From assembly GCA_012295275.1 (NCBI GenBank), contig CM022666.1, forward strand, positions 5,456,001-5,520,000: a stretch of DNA of 64,000 nt. The letters are read 5' to 3'. Of the stretch, positions 43,086-58,348 are shown in pieces. The DNA comes from Chrysomallon squamiferum. Its lineage: Eukaryota > Animalia > Mollusca. Positions within the stretch are counted from its first letter, which is position 1. Every line of letters begins with the position of its first letter. The notes below the pieces were generated by a model. It was not told where the DNA came from. It ran no database searches and was given only the letters and a program-made list of their open reading frames with translations. A program made the translations under genes and the position numbers.

Positions 43086-43305
43086 TATTAAAGATTATTA
43101 CAATACAGTACATACTATGTAATTTATAATTCGGTTTAAAATAAAACATTATTATGAAATATTAACTGTTCACTTCCCGAAAGAAATATTTAGTTCGTTT
43201 GTCAAAAGTAAAAGTTCACAAATTAATTTACTGTCAGAGTATTTTTAAAGTTAAAATTAACAGGTCACAGAATGTTTACCGCTGTCTGGTGACCTCATCA
43301 AACGA

Positions 43306-43517
43306 TTCTTTATCCGACTTTCCAGTGATAACGTGCAGAGTTTCGCTTGTCATTCTACTTTATCTGACTTTCCAGTGATAACGTGCACAGTTTCGCTTGT
43401 CGTTCTACTTTATCCGACTTTCCAGTGATAACGTGCACAGTTTCGCTTGTCATTCTACTTTATCTGACTTTCCAGTGATAACGTGCACAGTTTCGCTTGT
43501 CGTTCTACTTTATCTGA
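43306..43517. repeat. Same 50-bp minisatellite, about 4 copies
   Basis: Paralogue of the 26.5-kb array. Confidence 0.95.
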
Positions 43518-44087
43518 CAACTTTTCACTTGACAATGTTTCGTTAGACGCTAAAATGTGTATGAGATGAAACCAAAAGAAACGAAAACAGTTTCAGTGAT
43601 GTTCACGTTGTTAAAAGATTAAGGCGTGTCTTCCTGCTTAAACATTAGAAACATGGCCTGTATAAACAGAAAGAAAGAAAGAAGATAGAGAAGAAAAATA
43701 AAGAAGATGAAACAACAGAAAATGAAAGAATTTATCCAGTGATGACACAAAGTTCTATCAAATATAATTTTAAAAGTGAAAGTGCATTTGTCTTAGTTGT
43801 GTTTATGTGAGAACTCAGATTATATTTGTATAAATCTGAGTATGTTTAATAGAATAATAGAAGTGATATTTTTTCTTATATTAGTTGAAATTCAAATTTC
43901 ATTTGATACGAATTGTTTTATATTCACTGTGGCATCAGATTCTCTGAGATATTATGTACATATGTCTATAGAGATTTGCTTCCATAATCTATAAGATATA
44001 ACTGGAATTTAGCTGTGTCATAACAGGACTTTTCATTGCAATAAGATAAAATAAAAATCTGAGTTTTTAAAAAAAAACTAAAAAATA

Positions 44088-44494
44088 GACTTGGATATTA
44101 GTAAAAGTAAATATTGTCTTTCACAATCACTTGTTCTTACCTCTCTTTGAGTCAAATCAAGGGGAGGTAATCCAGGCTGCCAGACAGCGAAAACGTCAAA
44201 GCGGAGTGAAGGGAAATTCAGTGACAGCGTTCTGTGTGATATTCGGTTTGATGGTTGTGGTTGATATTTTGTTGTTTGCTCATCGGATGGCCAAGACAAT
44301 CTCGTTCGCTAAGCTTCTCCTGTACGGGTACCTGAGTATGTGGATTATAAGGAAACAGGTAATTAATTATTTGTTTATGGACACTTCAATGCATATTATT
44401 ATTAGTAATTAATTAAAGGTATTTAAATGTTTATAGAAGCTGTAACACATTTATTATGTATGATTAGTAGGTTAAAGATATGTAAATTAATTTT

Positions 44495-44547
<53 letters not shown>

Positions 44548-45043
44548 GATGATGATGATGATAACAACAACAATATTTACAAAGTACTACTAATAATAAC
44601 AGGTTAACATTTAAATAAAATTAGTTTCATTTTATTTGTTATACTGTTAAATTACTTTTTATATCAGTTATTTTAATACGTAATTTGATCATTCTCATTA
44701 TTACTGCAAGTACTGTTATTACTAAAACTAGTAATACTACAATTATTATTGTTATTATTATTATTTATTATTATTATAATTATTATAAATTATTATTATT
44801 ATTATTATTAATATAATTATTAATTATTATTATTATTAGTAGTAGTAGTAGTGTTATAGTTGTTGTTGTTTATTTACACACACTATTAGTCATCCAGTAT
44901 TTCTATAATACAAACTATGAATTATCTTGACAGCTGATGATGAAGGTGACGATGATGTATTGAGACAGAAAACTGAAGAGGTGTAGAGGTGTCAGATGTT
45001 GTGCTAACCAAGCAAAGTTTCAAAAGACTCCATAACGATATGG
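44088..45043 (+). pseudogene. Exon A plus fused partial B/C copy
   Basis: A ends 44358 with the same frameshift as at 27.6 kb; B and C are joined by a deletion near 44980. Confidence 0.6.
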
Positions 45044-46708
45044 TAAGTGTGATCTGTGAGTTTATTTATTTATTTTTAAATACTTCTTTTTTAGTTGGTT
45101 TCTTTTTTTTTAATCCATATGTAACTGGAAATGAAACAAAAGTTACAGAAAGACGTAATTTACATTCTCATAAGTAAAAACAAAGCTTGTCATGGTCATC
45201 ATCCTACATCATCATTCAGATTTTCACTGTCAACATCATTATTCAGAATTTTACTGTCTACATCATCATTAAAAATTCAATGTCAACCTCATCGTTGATA
45301 ATTTTATGGTCTACATCATCATCCAGAATTTTATTAACAAAATAATCACTGACATTCCTCATCATTCACAAAAGATGGACTCTGCTTCTGGTTTTATTTA
45401 CTATTATTTTAGGTTTTACTCACATGATACAATGGATGTTCTTGTACAATAGATGTTCTGTGTACAATGGATGCTATTGTACAGTGGATATTCGTTGTAC
45501 AGTGGATGCTCTAGTACAGTTGATATTCTATGTAAAATAGGCGTTGTTCTGCAGTAGATGTTCTACAAACTATGAGCTGTGTAAAAAAAATGATCTTGTA
45601 CAGATGTTCTGTGTACAGTCCACATTGGATGCTCAAGTACAGTAGATGTCCAGTGTACAGTGAATGTTCTTGTTTGGTAGATGTTCTGTACACAATTGAT
45701 GTTCTGCTGTAGACGTTTTTATACAGATGATATGCTAAACATGTACATCTATGGATGTTGTAAATATAATTAATGTTAAATGATAATGAAAACTCCATGC
45801 ATAGTGGTTTTTCTTTGTACAGTGAATACGTAATGTATGTACTACTGATGGTCTGTGTTCTGAAAATCTGTACAGTGGATGTTCTACAAACAGTGAATGT
45901 GTTCTAGAGATGTTCTATGTAAAATAAATGCGTAATGTATTCAGTGAATAACTATTTACATATTGATTTTCTCTATAAAATGACTGTTAAAAGTTAAATG
46001 TTCATTGATTGGTTTATAATGAATAATACAAGTTAAGTGGATGTTCCTTATACAGTATGTACTCATGCATTGAAATTATCAGAGTAATAAATGTTTATAT
46101 AGATGTTAAAACTAAAATGTCATGAAAAATTTTTTTTTTTCAGAACAAGAAACATTTTTAGAAGCATTTCACAATCATAAATACTATTATTAATAATTTT
46201 ATTATCATCGTGATCATTAATTTTATTATCACTATCATCATCATAATTACTACTACTGCTACTACTATTAGTATAACTAAATAATTAATATTATTAGTAT
46301 TATTCTTACTACTACTACTACTATTTATATTAGTGCTGCTGCTGCTACTACTACTGCCATTTAATTTATCATCATCATCATTATTATTGTTTGATGTTGA
46401 CATTGTTGTTAAATAAAGACTACAGTGATATCTCTGGCCACCTGTTCATTATTTTTATTACTTGGATAGTTACTTTAAAAGAAATACAAATGTCTTGTTC
46501 TGCATTTGTGATTTTCTTGCTTTCTTTTGTTTTCATTTTTTTTTTTTAAAATTTCAAACCAAAATTAATGTTCTTTCACCATTCAGTGACATCATTTAAA
46601 TTTTTACTTTGTAAAGCAAAATGTGTATACTTTATAGACAGTATGTTAGATATTGCTGTTATATAACAATGTACATATCACATACTTATATAGATAAACC
46701 TACATGCG

Positions 46709-46741
<33 letters not shown>

Positions 46742-47309
46742 CATGATCCGAGCAATGTTGATAAATAGCTGTTTGCTAAGCGGGGCAAGTCATACAAAAT
46801 GCAAGGCCCTCGTATTTACGACCTACAATGACATCGCAGGCTGGGAAATGTGTAGCTATCTTGCTATTGCCCCGATATCGTATTTCACAACGTTCACAAC
46901 TTGTTTTATTGACGCAGTTACTGCTACCTCTAGTCTGTATAAACATGCTGAACAACTGACACAATTTTCGATTGACTGAACTGCGCGTGTCAGTGTCTGT
47001 TGCAAGTCACAGAATAAAAGCAGTCTGATATTTCGTGTGCCCTAACTCTTGTCAATACGCCTGCGCATGGATTCATGAAAGCTAAATTTACATCACATGA
47101 TAGTTCCCTCATTGTTGGTACACAGACCTTACTTAACCTTGACTGATTGCTTACCCAGGCATTAGATTTTAGTATCATATGTAAGTTAGTATGTCTTGTC
47201 GAAAACATGAACAGAATTATAATATTAACTTCGTTGTTTTTTTCTTTATACCTCCAGACCAAAGCAGCCTTGCTTCCTAGCATTCCTTTCTGGTGCTCAG
47301 TATTGAAGA

Positions 47310-47375
<66 letters not shown>

Positions 47376-48397
47376 TGTGCTGTATTCACTGAAACAATAT
47401 TTATATATTACTGGTTTTCTATATAAATTGACTGATGAAAGTTAAAAGTTCACTGATTAGTTTACAATGAATAATACAAGTTAAGTGGATGATCCAGTTA
47501 AAAAGGATTTTCTTTATACAGTATGTACTCATGCATTGAAATGATCAGAGTAATAAATGTTTATATATACGTTACATTTAAAATTTGATGTACAATTTTA
47601 ATAATAAACAATCTATTTAAAGCATTTTTTTTTTGTTTTATCACAATAAGAATTTTCTTTTTATTAATATTATGATTATTAATTTTATTATGTCCATCAT
47701 CATCATCATCATCATCATTAATTTTATTATGACTATCATAATTATCATTAACTTTATTACCACTATCATCTTCATGATTATTACTACTGTTATATTATTA
47801 CTATATAATCATGATTACTAGTATTATTCTTTCAGTATAAATACAGAAAAATAAATAACTTTAAAGATCATAGATATTAAACAAACAGTAAATCATTTAC
47901 AAATCAATTTATACAAATACATTAAGAAATAATTATATGCCACTCATTGTGGGTTTTGTGTTCATTTGAAATATCGTGTTTTCTTTCTAAAGTTATTGTC
48001 TTCCGTTTCGTTTTATCATCAGCATATCTATTCGTGATACACAGACTACATGTTTACCTTTTGTTGTTTATGATTTAGTTGACACAGGAATGGAAGTTAC
48101 GCTGTACTCTTTATTTAACAATAACGACAAAAGCAGCCACAACAACAACAACAACTATTATTACTACCACAACTACAACAACTACTATTACTACTACTAT
48201 TATAGCAATAACTACTATAATATGTAGCTTATTGATGAACAATACAAACAAACAAAAAAAATGCATGTAATAACTTTGCTCATTTTATTCATAGTATATT
48301 AAATGACTATACGAAATCTATAGCGAAAAATTAAAAACGACAGAAGAAGAAACATTAAGCAATAAACTTAAATAAAGCAGACGACATTTCCTCTTAG

Positions 48398-48634
48398 CCA
48401 ATCAAAAACGATCGAGTGAGCTGGTAGAGAATATGATACGATCTTTTCAATATGCTTGACTGATATCTACATACAGCTTGGGTGGAAAGCCCAGTACCCG
48501 AAGAAAATTATTATTCTCTGAACGGAGGTAGACGACGTCATACGACTTTTTCAAAGTAGCTGATATAAAAATCAACGAAGCCTGTCATAGAGCGTAGACG
48601 TGCTTCACGTGAACACAGAGGCAGCCTAATTTAG
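48398..48634 (+). promoter_or_regulatory. Promoter and non-coding exon 1 of TNF copy 4
   Basis: CCAAT 48398, GGAAAGCCC 48484-48492, TATAAAA 48564, donor GTAAGT 48635. Confidence 0.6.
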
Positions 48635-48649
48635 GTAAGTACATGTTTT

Positions 48650-49225
48650 ACTTATTTCATAGGTTATATATATTTATATAAAATTATAATTTCACTTGCT
48701 TCATAGCATATATATATTTATGTAGAATTATAATTTCATTTATTTGATAGGTTATATATATTTATATAAAAGTATAATTTCACTGATTTCACAGGTTAAA
48801 TTTATTTACATAAAATTATAATTTCACTGATTTCATAGATTATATATATTTATATAAAGTATAATTTCACTCATTTCACAGGTTATATTTAATTATATAA
48901 AATTATATTTTCACTTATTTCGTAGGTTATGTATATTTATATAAAATTATAATTTCACCTATTTCACAGGTTATCTATATTTATATAAAATTTGAATTTC
49001 ACTTATTTCATTGATTATAAATATTCATATAAAATTATAATTTCAGTTATTTCATAGGTTATATATATATATTTATATAAAATTATAATTTCAGTTATTT
49101 CATTGATTATATATATTTATATAAAAGTATTATTTCACTTATTTCATAGGTTATATATATTTATATAAAACTTTAATTTCACTTATTTCATAGGTTATAT
49201 ATATTTATATAAAATTATAATTTCA
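48650..49225. repeat. About 44-bp minisatellite (about 13 copies)
   Basis: Same unit. Confidence 0.9.
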
Positions 49226-49393
49226 CTCTGCTGTTTAGGATTTATGCACGCCCTAATTTCATGTGTATAGTATAATATTAAGTGATATGACACCGAAAAT
49301 GTGCACCTTAATGTACCAGTTCATTTTGCTGTTTAGGATTTTTCCACGCCCTAATTTCATTTGTATAATATTAAGTGATATTATCTTAATTTG

Positions 49394-49424
<31 letters not shown>

Positions 49425-50214
49425 CGTAAGGTCGATACGGTCTGGCTTGTCAAATTTGATTTCCGCTGAACGTAGAACTTTCCGCTATTAAGCCCTACCC
49501 GAGTTCACCGAGTGCTGTTGTTTCTTTTTTAATTTTTCACAACAAAAACAGATTTTAGTGATTTAATTAAACCATCAAAATCTATCGAGCCCGAACTGTT
49601 TTCTAACTTCTTAGAAAAATAAGATGTTTTGGCTGTAGGATACTGGAAATGAGCCATTATCGCCTTCATTAGTCACGTGATCAAAATACTGCGTCTTGAT
49701 TGGATATTTATTGCACTTCACGGTATTGAGTATTTGTTGCGCGCTTTGCTATCTCAAACTGTTTTTCACTTACTTTCATTTTGTTACATTGTCTTCATTC
49801 TTGTAAAGTTACATCTTTGATTGACAATCTACAATCAAAGTTTTGCCTATACATTTGTTTTAAGAGAAAAAACAATATATTTATTTTCAATTGTTTCTTT
49901 AAAATCCTACCTCTTTCCAGTGATATAAATAACTTCGGACGAAAAACTCTACTACTTACATTCCTCAACAATTGAAGATAAACTTTGTGGTATCACGTGT
50001 CCAAGGTTTACATCAGGAGGATTATCTGTTTCATTAGACATCGCTGTGCTGTCATATTGGATTTCAGATATGAAATTAAGAAACACGGTAATTCTCTATA
50101 AAAATAATAAAAAGTAAAATTCTTTATAAATGAAATAATATTTGAATTATGAAAAGGAGAAATTAATAGTGCTGAAAAATATTTATTTAGTTTCAAGTTG
50201 GTTATTCTTTGTAG

Positions 50215-51536
50215 AAACTGAGCGAAAGTCACACAAAAGCTGAGAAAAGTGGTAAGTTAACAGAGACACATACACTCTCAGACATACATAAAAACACAAA
50301 GTCGCAGAAACACAGATACACACAAGAAAAGCCATAAACACATACATACACAAACACAGACAGATACACAGAAAAGGATCTACACACAAACAGAAACATT
50401 CAGGCACTCATATTTAATTATCCACAAAAGTTTATATAATTATGTATTTGTATGTACGTGCATATTTGTGTATAGTCTAAGTATGTAAACATGTACAAAT
50501 TTATATTTATGTGTGTGTGTGTCTGTGTGTGTGTGTGTGTGTGTTTTAGAACCAAAACTTAAGCACATCAGAGATGTCGCTGATCGTTTGAATTCAGATA
50601 ATAAAAACATTGTGTACGAATCTATGTATGTATGAATCTATATATTTATACATGTATCAGTAGTCTACATGTGTGTGTATATATATATATATTTTTCAGA
50701 ACAAAAACTTAAACAGATCAGAGAGGTCGCTAATCGTCTGAATAATGAAAACAATGTGAAGACATCAGCTCATCTACAAATGGATGTGAATGCAACATAT
50801 GACGAAAGTAAGAAAACAAAAAGTAGAAGCAGTGTTAGCAGTAGTAGTAATAGTAGTACTAGAGTAGTAGTAGTAGTAGTAGTAGTAAAGTAGTAGTATT
50901 AGTAGCACTGGTAAAAGTAGTTGTAGTACTAACCACATAGTTATTAGTAGTGGTTAGGAAATAATAGAAGAAATTGTGATAACAATAGTATTAGCACGTT
51001 AGTAGTAAAAATATCAATGATGGAACTAAAGTAGTTAATAGCAGGAGTTTGTAGTAGTTATACAAATATATTAGTAATATTAACTACAACTGTTGACAAT
51101 TTAAAATAAAAATAATATTTAAAAATAATTTATTCTTACAAACTTTTCAGACACACCGAAGCCTCTCATCAAATGGACGTCGTCTGGTAAAAGATCGTTT
51201 GTGAAAGGAGGTGTGGCTGTTGTCGCTGACGGGATTCAAGTCAAAGAAGCTGCTTACTACTTCATATACAGCAACGTTGTATTCCATGCCAACCAAGTCA
51301 GAGAACTGGAATACTATTGGCTTTGTCACTCAATTGAAAAATATCCAAATAATGAAGTCCTCTACGAAAATCGTCAGTCAGTATGTAAAATACAAAGCAA
51401 TGCAGGTTTTGTTCCTTCCTACATTGGAGCTGTCTACTACCTGAAAGCCAACGACACTGTAGTGGTGAGAACATCAGTTGTGAAGAACATTTTGAGAGAT
51501 CCTGAGACAACCTACTTTGGCCTGTATATGCTGTAA
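50215..51536 (+). pseudogene. TNF copy 4, lacking the ATG/TM exon (pseudogene or anchorless variant)
   Basis: Exons 50215-50251, 50700-50807, 51151-51536 are open with intact splice sites. The junction at 50067 deletes the equivalent of 34525-35341. Confidence 0.85.
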
Positions 51537-51699
51537 AATTGTTACGAGAGGCCTCAATTATAACTGTTCATATATAATTTTCTGTACGCCCACTGTATCT
51601 ATGGACTTGTATATATAAAACGAACCCATGACTTTAACATTATCGTGAATTATTTATATTAGACATACTTGAACCTTTCTTTAAAGTCTTCAGTCGGGG

Positions 51700-51748
<49 letters not shown>

Positions 51749-54671
51749 TTCTTGTTGTTTGTGATTTGTGATGTTGGTATATCTAACCTTTTTACATTTA
51801 TTTTTATATTTGTTCCATTACTAATTAGTTATGCTATTGGAATATGGTTTAAAATGATTACATAATTGCTGGCGACACATGAACTGAATAAGAGTAATTA
51901 ACAACGAAGCGGAGGAAGCCCCATTCAATCAGTACTGCTGTACTATGAGGCATTGTTATTGTACAAATGGAGTATTACTGTTGTAAATAAATAAATGTGT
52001 GTTCTTGAAGTTGTTGTCACTGTTGTTGTTACTGTTGTTGTAAATGCAAATGAGCACCGATACCTTTTTTGTTTTTAAATGAAATGCGAGATCGGTTCAT
52101 TAACAAAGCAGTAACTAGGTCACGAACGCCATTCACAAGACAGTGCACCCATTCATAAGACTGTTTTAAAAATGTGTGTGTATGTTTGTGTGTTTCTTAA
52201 GATCAAGGTTTCTGAGAAATAATAAATAACTTTCTTCTAGAACTGAGCTTTCCATCCAGGCTATAAGTTGTACGTCATAATCAGTAATAAATAAAGTTTG
52301 TAAAACAACTAGAAATAAGAAATAATAATTAAATTTAAAAAAAGGAAAAATTATAATTAATTAAAAACAACGGTAAAAAATAAATAAATAATTTTAAAAA
52401 AATGATTAAAATTAAAGTAAAATAACATGTATAAGAGTATATGCGCGCATAGTATGATATTGACATATTTGTCGTAAGAGTCGTTTTGGTTTTTTTTTTT
52501 TTGTGTGTGTTGTTGTTGTCTTTATTATTCCAGCTGAACTCTGCTCTGAATAAGGTCATACAGTTAACTGCAAAGATCAATTAAACTGACATAAAAGTAC
52601 GTACTTGTGTATAAAATGAATTTGTAGATATTCCACAATGAACATTTACCCATCTTAATTGATTGTATCCAATAAGTTGAATAACTTTACATATTAACAT
52701 TTTCCATAGCGTCACTGACAGTGTCTGTTCTACGTGACAGCATAAAAACTCTATACACTGTTACGCGTCCTAATTCTTGTTAATACGCATGCGCATGTAT
52801 TGAACAAAGCTAAAATTTATATCACGTGATGGCTCCCCTTTCGTCTGTTGGATACAGTGACCTTGACATACTGAGTGTTTACTGGAATAACCTGAATGTT
52901 ATACTATTATAAACAAGTTCGTATGCGTTTTGGGAAGTCTTGGAAATTCGTCACTGTGTTTTTAAGGACATTAAATCTTTTGGAAAATTATGTCTAAACC
53001 GCAAATAAAATGTATGAAAAACTGGGTTTTTTCCACTAACATTTAGCCCCGATTCAACGCCCTGTTTTAGCCAATATAGCGTAGCCAACGAAAATGGTTC
53101 CGTTTTCAGGCTGTCTGAGCAAACCCATAAGGAGTAGTATTTCGGGCATTTTAAAGTTATGGAAATAAGAAGAAAATAATGCGACAACTTTTTGTTTTGC
53201 AATATTTCTGTATCTATATTTCTGGCAATCTGCCTTACATATCATCATAGTCATGTCCACACCAAGAACAAAAGCTGTCCCAAAACTAATCCTACATCTG
53301 CAAGTATTTGTAAAGAGGCATGCGCGGAGAAGTGACAGGAAGTTATTAATTAACATAATTTATATATATAATCATGCATTTCATCAGACGTTGTTCTCTG
53401 CTTTTTAAATAAGAATTGTTTTTAATAATTTCACTTTTTATTATCTCTGAAGTGTCAAGAACGTTGTATTTACGTTTATATGAGATGGAAATATCACCAA
53501 CGTAGAATGAAATTTACACACTGCTGTCAAAAATACGTTATTTTATACTATTCGTAGTTTATTAGTATGATAACTGTCTCTTTTACTTTAACGACGTCAT
53601 TAAGTAAATTTTTAATCAACCGTTATATGACCCCATAGTTATTGTTAAAGACCACATAGACATATACCGTAAGGTAAAACTCTACATCGCAAACAATGCA
53701 GGCAATTCTATTTTTGAATAATACCGAGGAATATCAGATATATATATATATATAAAACAATTATTGCTGGCTGTTGTGCGATAGCAGAGTAGCCTTTATT
53801 GTTTTGAGGTGTAGCGTTTTGTCTTACGATATAGATCTAACAGTAAAACTGGAGATATTCAACGGTTGATTAAACAAGTATTTAGTGACGTCATTAAAGT
53901 AAAACACCACACCTTCCCACATATAGTGCTGAATACATTAGGTTACATAAATATATAACAATATCTGCACCTGTGTGTATGTGTGTGTGTGTGTGTGTTG
54001 TATTTACGTTCTTATGAGATGGAAATATCCATGTCTGTCTGCCTGCTGTCTCTGTCTGTCTGTCCTAATGTATAAATATTATGTAAATATTGTATATATT
54101 AATATGATTACTGTGTTTTTTAATTTAACGACGTCAATAAATACATTTTTAATCAACCGTTATATGACTAAATATTTACTGTTAAAGACCACATAGACAT
54201 ATATCGTAAAACTCTACACAGCAAACAATGCAGGCTACTCTATTTTGAAAAAAGCTTTCAATATATATATATATTACATAGCTTGATCTACTTTTGTAAT
54301 TAAAATAAATGGAAAATAAAATATATTACAGTCATTTATCTGATTATCACACCTCTTTTCTTCAAAGGCTTGCTTCATAGGAAAAGTTTCGAAAACTAAC
54401 AGACGGATAGAGTTCTCTGAAAAAAAAAAAAGAAATAATAATAAAAACAATAATGACAATGATGAGGATGATGGTGAATACTCAGGACATATCGTTGGAG
54501 CTACTAAGAAAATTCGATTAAATGAAATACAAATATTAAACGTATTTTAAAATATTGGTAATTATTTTTATTTTTATCTCTTTCTCTGCTCATCCAGTCT
54601 TTCCCCAGTTCCGTTGTTTCTCTGTGTAATCTATGTAAATTGTCTCCCTTTATTAGTGCTAGTTTAAGTAT

Positions 54672-54779
<108 letters not shown>

Positions 54780-54971
54780 TGTCCCTGTTATGTACACTGT
54801 CTGCAGTTTTCTAACGAAAGTACAATTTGTTATTAAGAATAACGATATAATTTACACATAAATTATCAGAGGATTCATCGTGAAAAGAAACAGTAGTATA
54901 TGATACCACTGCCCGGTCACAGCTCATTCTCTTTATGTACATATAATAACTTGTGGTTAAACAACACTTAC

Positions 54972-55053
54972 ACATTCCACCAGCAGTAGATACCAATGTC
55001 TATAACTAACACAACTGTTCCTGAAACTATTCCAATAGTTACGTACAAAACAT
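54972..55053 (-). pseudogene. Second copy of the orphan TM exon
   Basis: Near-identical to 23468-23549, splice sites intact. Confidence 0.5.
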
Positions 55054-55119
55054 CTGAAATCAACAACAACAAATCATATAAATCAATAAATCAATCAATC
55101 ACTAAAAAATAAATAAATA

Positions 55120-55184
<65 letters not shown>

Positions 55185-55594
55185 TAATAATAACAATAAT
55201 AGTAATAATGTTGAATAAAATTTAGGAAATAAAGATATGATCTTGAAAACTTTAGATTTGCTGTGTTTGTTTTCCAGACTGAAAACCTTTCGTATCTTTC
55301 TCGTACTCTGACTATCCATCTCACACAGAGGCACGCACAAACACACGCACACACACACACACACACACGCGCGCACACACACACATCGAACAGTGAATAC
55401 CTTTCTTCGCCTTTTACCTATTTATTTATTTATAGTGGACTAAATCAGCTGTAGAGTGTTTATAATTATAATCAATTCTGTTACAATTAGTAGTATCTCT
55501 CTGAAATACTCTTTACGTTATCCTGTTGAAAATTAACCTTTGTTTTCAGTTTGTGTTAAATAGTTTTCAGGTATTCTCGACTTTTGTAAGTTTG

Positions 55595-55719
<125 letters not shown>

Positions 55720-55797
55720 AATACTGAGAAGATTTATTTGCATACATTATCACACACACAGTATTTCTATAATAGAAACTATGAGTCATCTTGACAG

Positions 55798-56729
55798 CTG
55801 GTGATGAAGGTAACGATGACGTATTTAGAGAGAAAACTGAAAACCTAAAACTCTGTTTGAAGATATTCGACTAGGTGTTAAGAAATTCTTTATTCAGGTG
55901 AGCATTAAGTTTACCTGTCTCTGCACAGGTGTGTGTTGAAATGTTGGGTACTGGTTTGGAATGTGTGAATGCATGTTTGTGAGTATGTCTATGCATGTGT
56001 GAGTGTACATGCATATGCACATGGTGTTTGTGTGTCTGTGTATTTGTGTGCATGTTTGTGTGTGTCGTATGTGTCTGTGCATGTGTTTTTTATACGTAAT
56101 GGTAGGTATGTGTATGCCTGTCTCTATGTGTTTACATGTTTGTGTGTGTGATATGTGTCTATACATGTGTGTTTTGTATGTAATGGTAGGTATGTGTTTG
56201 CCTGTCTCTATGTGTTTACATGTTTCTGTTTGATAGATAATTATGTACTAGGGAAGTTAATCGTTGCGAATACTCGTTTTTATTGATGTATTACAACAGA
56301 CGTCTGTATTCCGTGTATTTGTGTGTGTGTTTATATATGTATATTAGTGTATATCAGTGCAGAAGTCTAAACAGAGAATATTAAGGAAGATAACTCTTTC
56401 GTACTTAAGGACCATTTTCTCAAATAATGATCGTTGTTGTTGTTGTTATTGTGATATCTTTGTCATCATTATTATTTATATTTTTAAGGATTTTACCGCT
56501 ATTGTTGTTGTTATTATTATTGTTATTATAATTATTGTTGTTTATGACATTTTTTGGCAGTTAATATTTTGTTTCAATTTTTATTTTTCATCCAGGTAGT
56601 CCAAACACTTTTTATACCAAATGCAGTTAACACTGTAGTTGTGTGTCTCCTTTTGCTTATTATTATTATTATTATTATAATTATTATTATACTTATTATT
56701 ATTATTTTTATTATTATTATACTTATTAC

Positions 56730-56778
<49 letters not shown>

Positions 56779-56786
56779 CTTATTAC

Positions 56787-56835
<49 letters not shown>

Positions 56836-57992
56836 TATGTACGTATGTATATATGTATGTGTATGAGAGTGTATATATATATATATATATATATATATTT
56901 CTGGTTGATATGTGTATCCATGTTTATATGTCCGTGTCTATTAATAAATGAGTATTAGTGTAAGCTTGTTGTGCATATATATATATATATATATATACTA
57001 AGGAAGATAACTCTTTAATAATCAAGGACCTTTATCTCAAAAAATGCTGGTTGTTGTTAATGTAATATCATTATTAGAATTATTTTTACTGTTATTGTTA
57101 TTGCTGTTGTTACTGATAACTATTGTGATTGTAATTATTGTTGCTGATAACATTTTTTGGTAGTTAATATTTTCTTTTAATTTTATTTTTCATCCAGGTA
57201 TTCCAAACACTTTTTATCCCAAATGCTGTTGTCACGGTAGTCTCCTCGCTCATGGCAGAATACACGTGTCAGAAGTCGTGCTTAGCTAGCAAAGTTTAAA
57301 CAGACTGGGTCTCCATTACGATTTAATAAGTGGTATCTTTTTTAGATGTAACTGGAAAAAGGACAAAAGTTGCAGAATGACGTAATTTGAACATCCAGGA
57401 ATACGGTATTATTCCAGTACAGTACATACCATGTAATTTATACATTCTAATATACAATATTAAAGATTATATAATAGGGTACAGTACATACCATGTCATT
57501 TACATATCCAGGGATACCGTATTAAAGATTAATAGAGTGCAGTAGATATCATGTAACATATATACCAAGTGATACAGTATTATTCCAGTACGGTAACCTT
57601 AAAGATCGTTACAATACACTATGTATCCTGTAATATTAAATATTCAGTATTGCAAATACAATGTATTCAGTGTATGATATTATAAAACTGAAATACTGTG
57701 ATGTAGAATATACAGTGTATTTGAATATATATTTTTTTAAATTTCAGAACGGATTCATAGACCTCCAAGCTGAAATGATCAACAGTCGACTTGTTTCTGA
57801 TGCAGAACAAATAAACACAGTGGAACTTCCTTTGTACCAGAGCTGGATGGCAGCGTATTTAGAACGTCATGAACGTGCTCTGCAACTACACCAGCAGCAG
57901 CTGACAACTCTGCAGTTTGTACACAATGAGACATTCAGATTATTCTGCTCAGTTTTAAATAAATTGATGTTTATTATAAATTATTATTATTA

Positions 57993-58036
<44 letters not shown>

Positions 58037-58171
58037 GTTGTTGTTAATGTTGTTGTTGTTGCTGTTGTTTGTATTAATTTATTCATTCATTTATTTATTT
58101 ATTTGTTTTCTGATCATTATAGTTACTTTAGTGTTATCATTATGAGCTAAATTGTTGATTTGTTAAATTAA

Positions 58172-58207
<36 letters not shown>

Positions 58208-58348
58208 ACATTATATTTGAACTAATCTTACCCCATGAAATTAATTCATTTTTTTACTCTCTCTTTTTCATCTTTTGACAGATCTGGTTTTGTCAGGCTA
58301 AGAACAATTTTCGAAACCAGCGAGGATCAGACAATGAAAGATACATGA
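55798..58348 (+). pseudogene. Exons B, C (twice, damaged), D and E of the same gene
   Basis: D 57748-57930 NGFIDLQAEMINSRLVSDAEQINTVELPLYQSWMAAYLERHERALQLHQQQLTTLQFVHNE (no GT donor); E 58282-58348. Confidence 0.6.
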
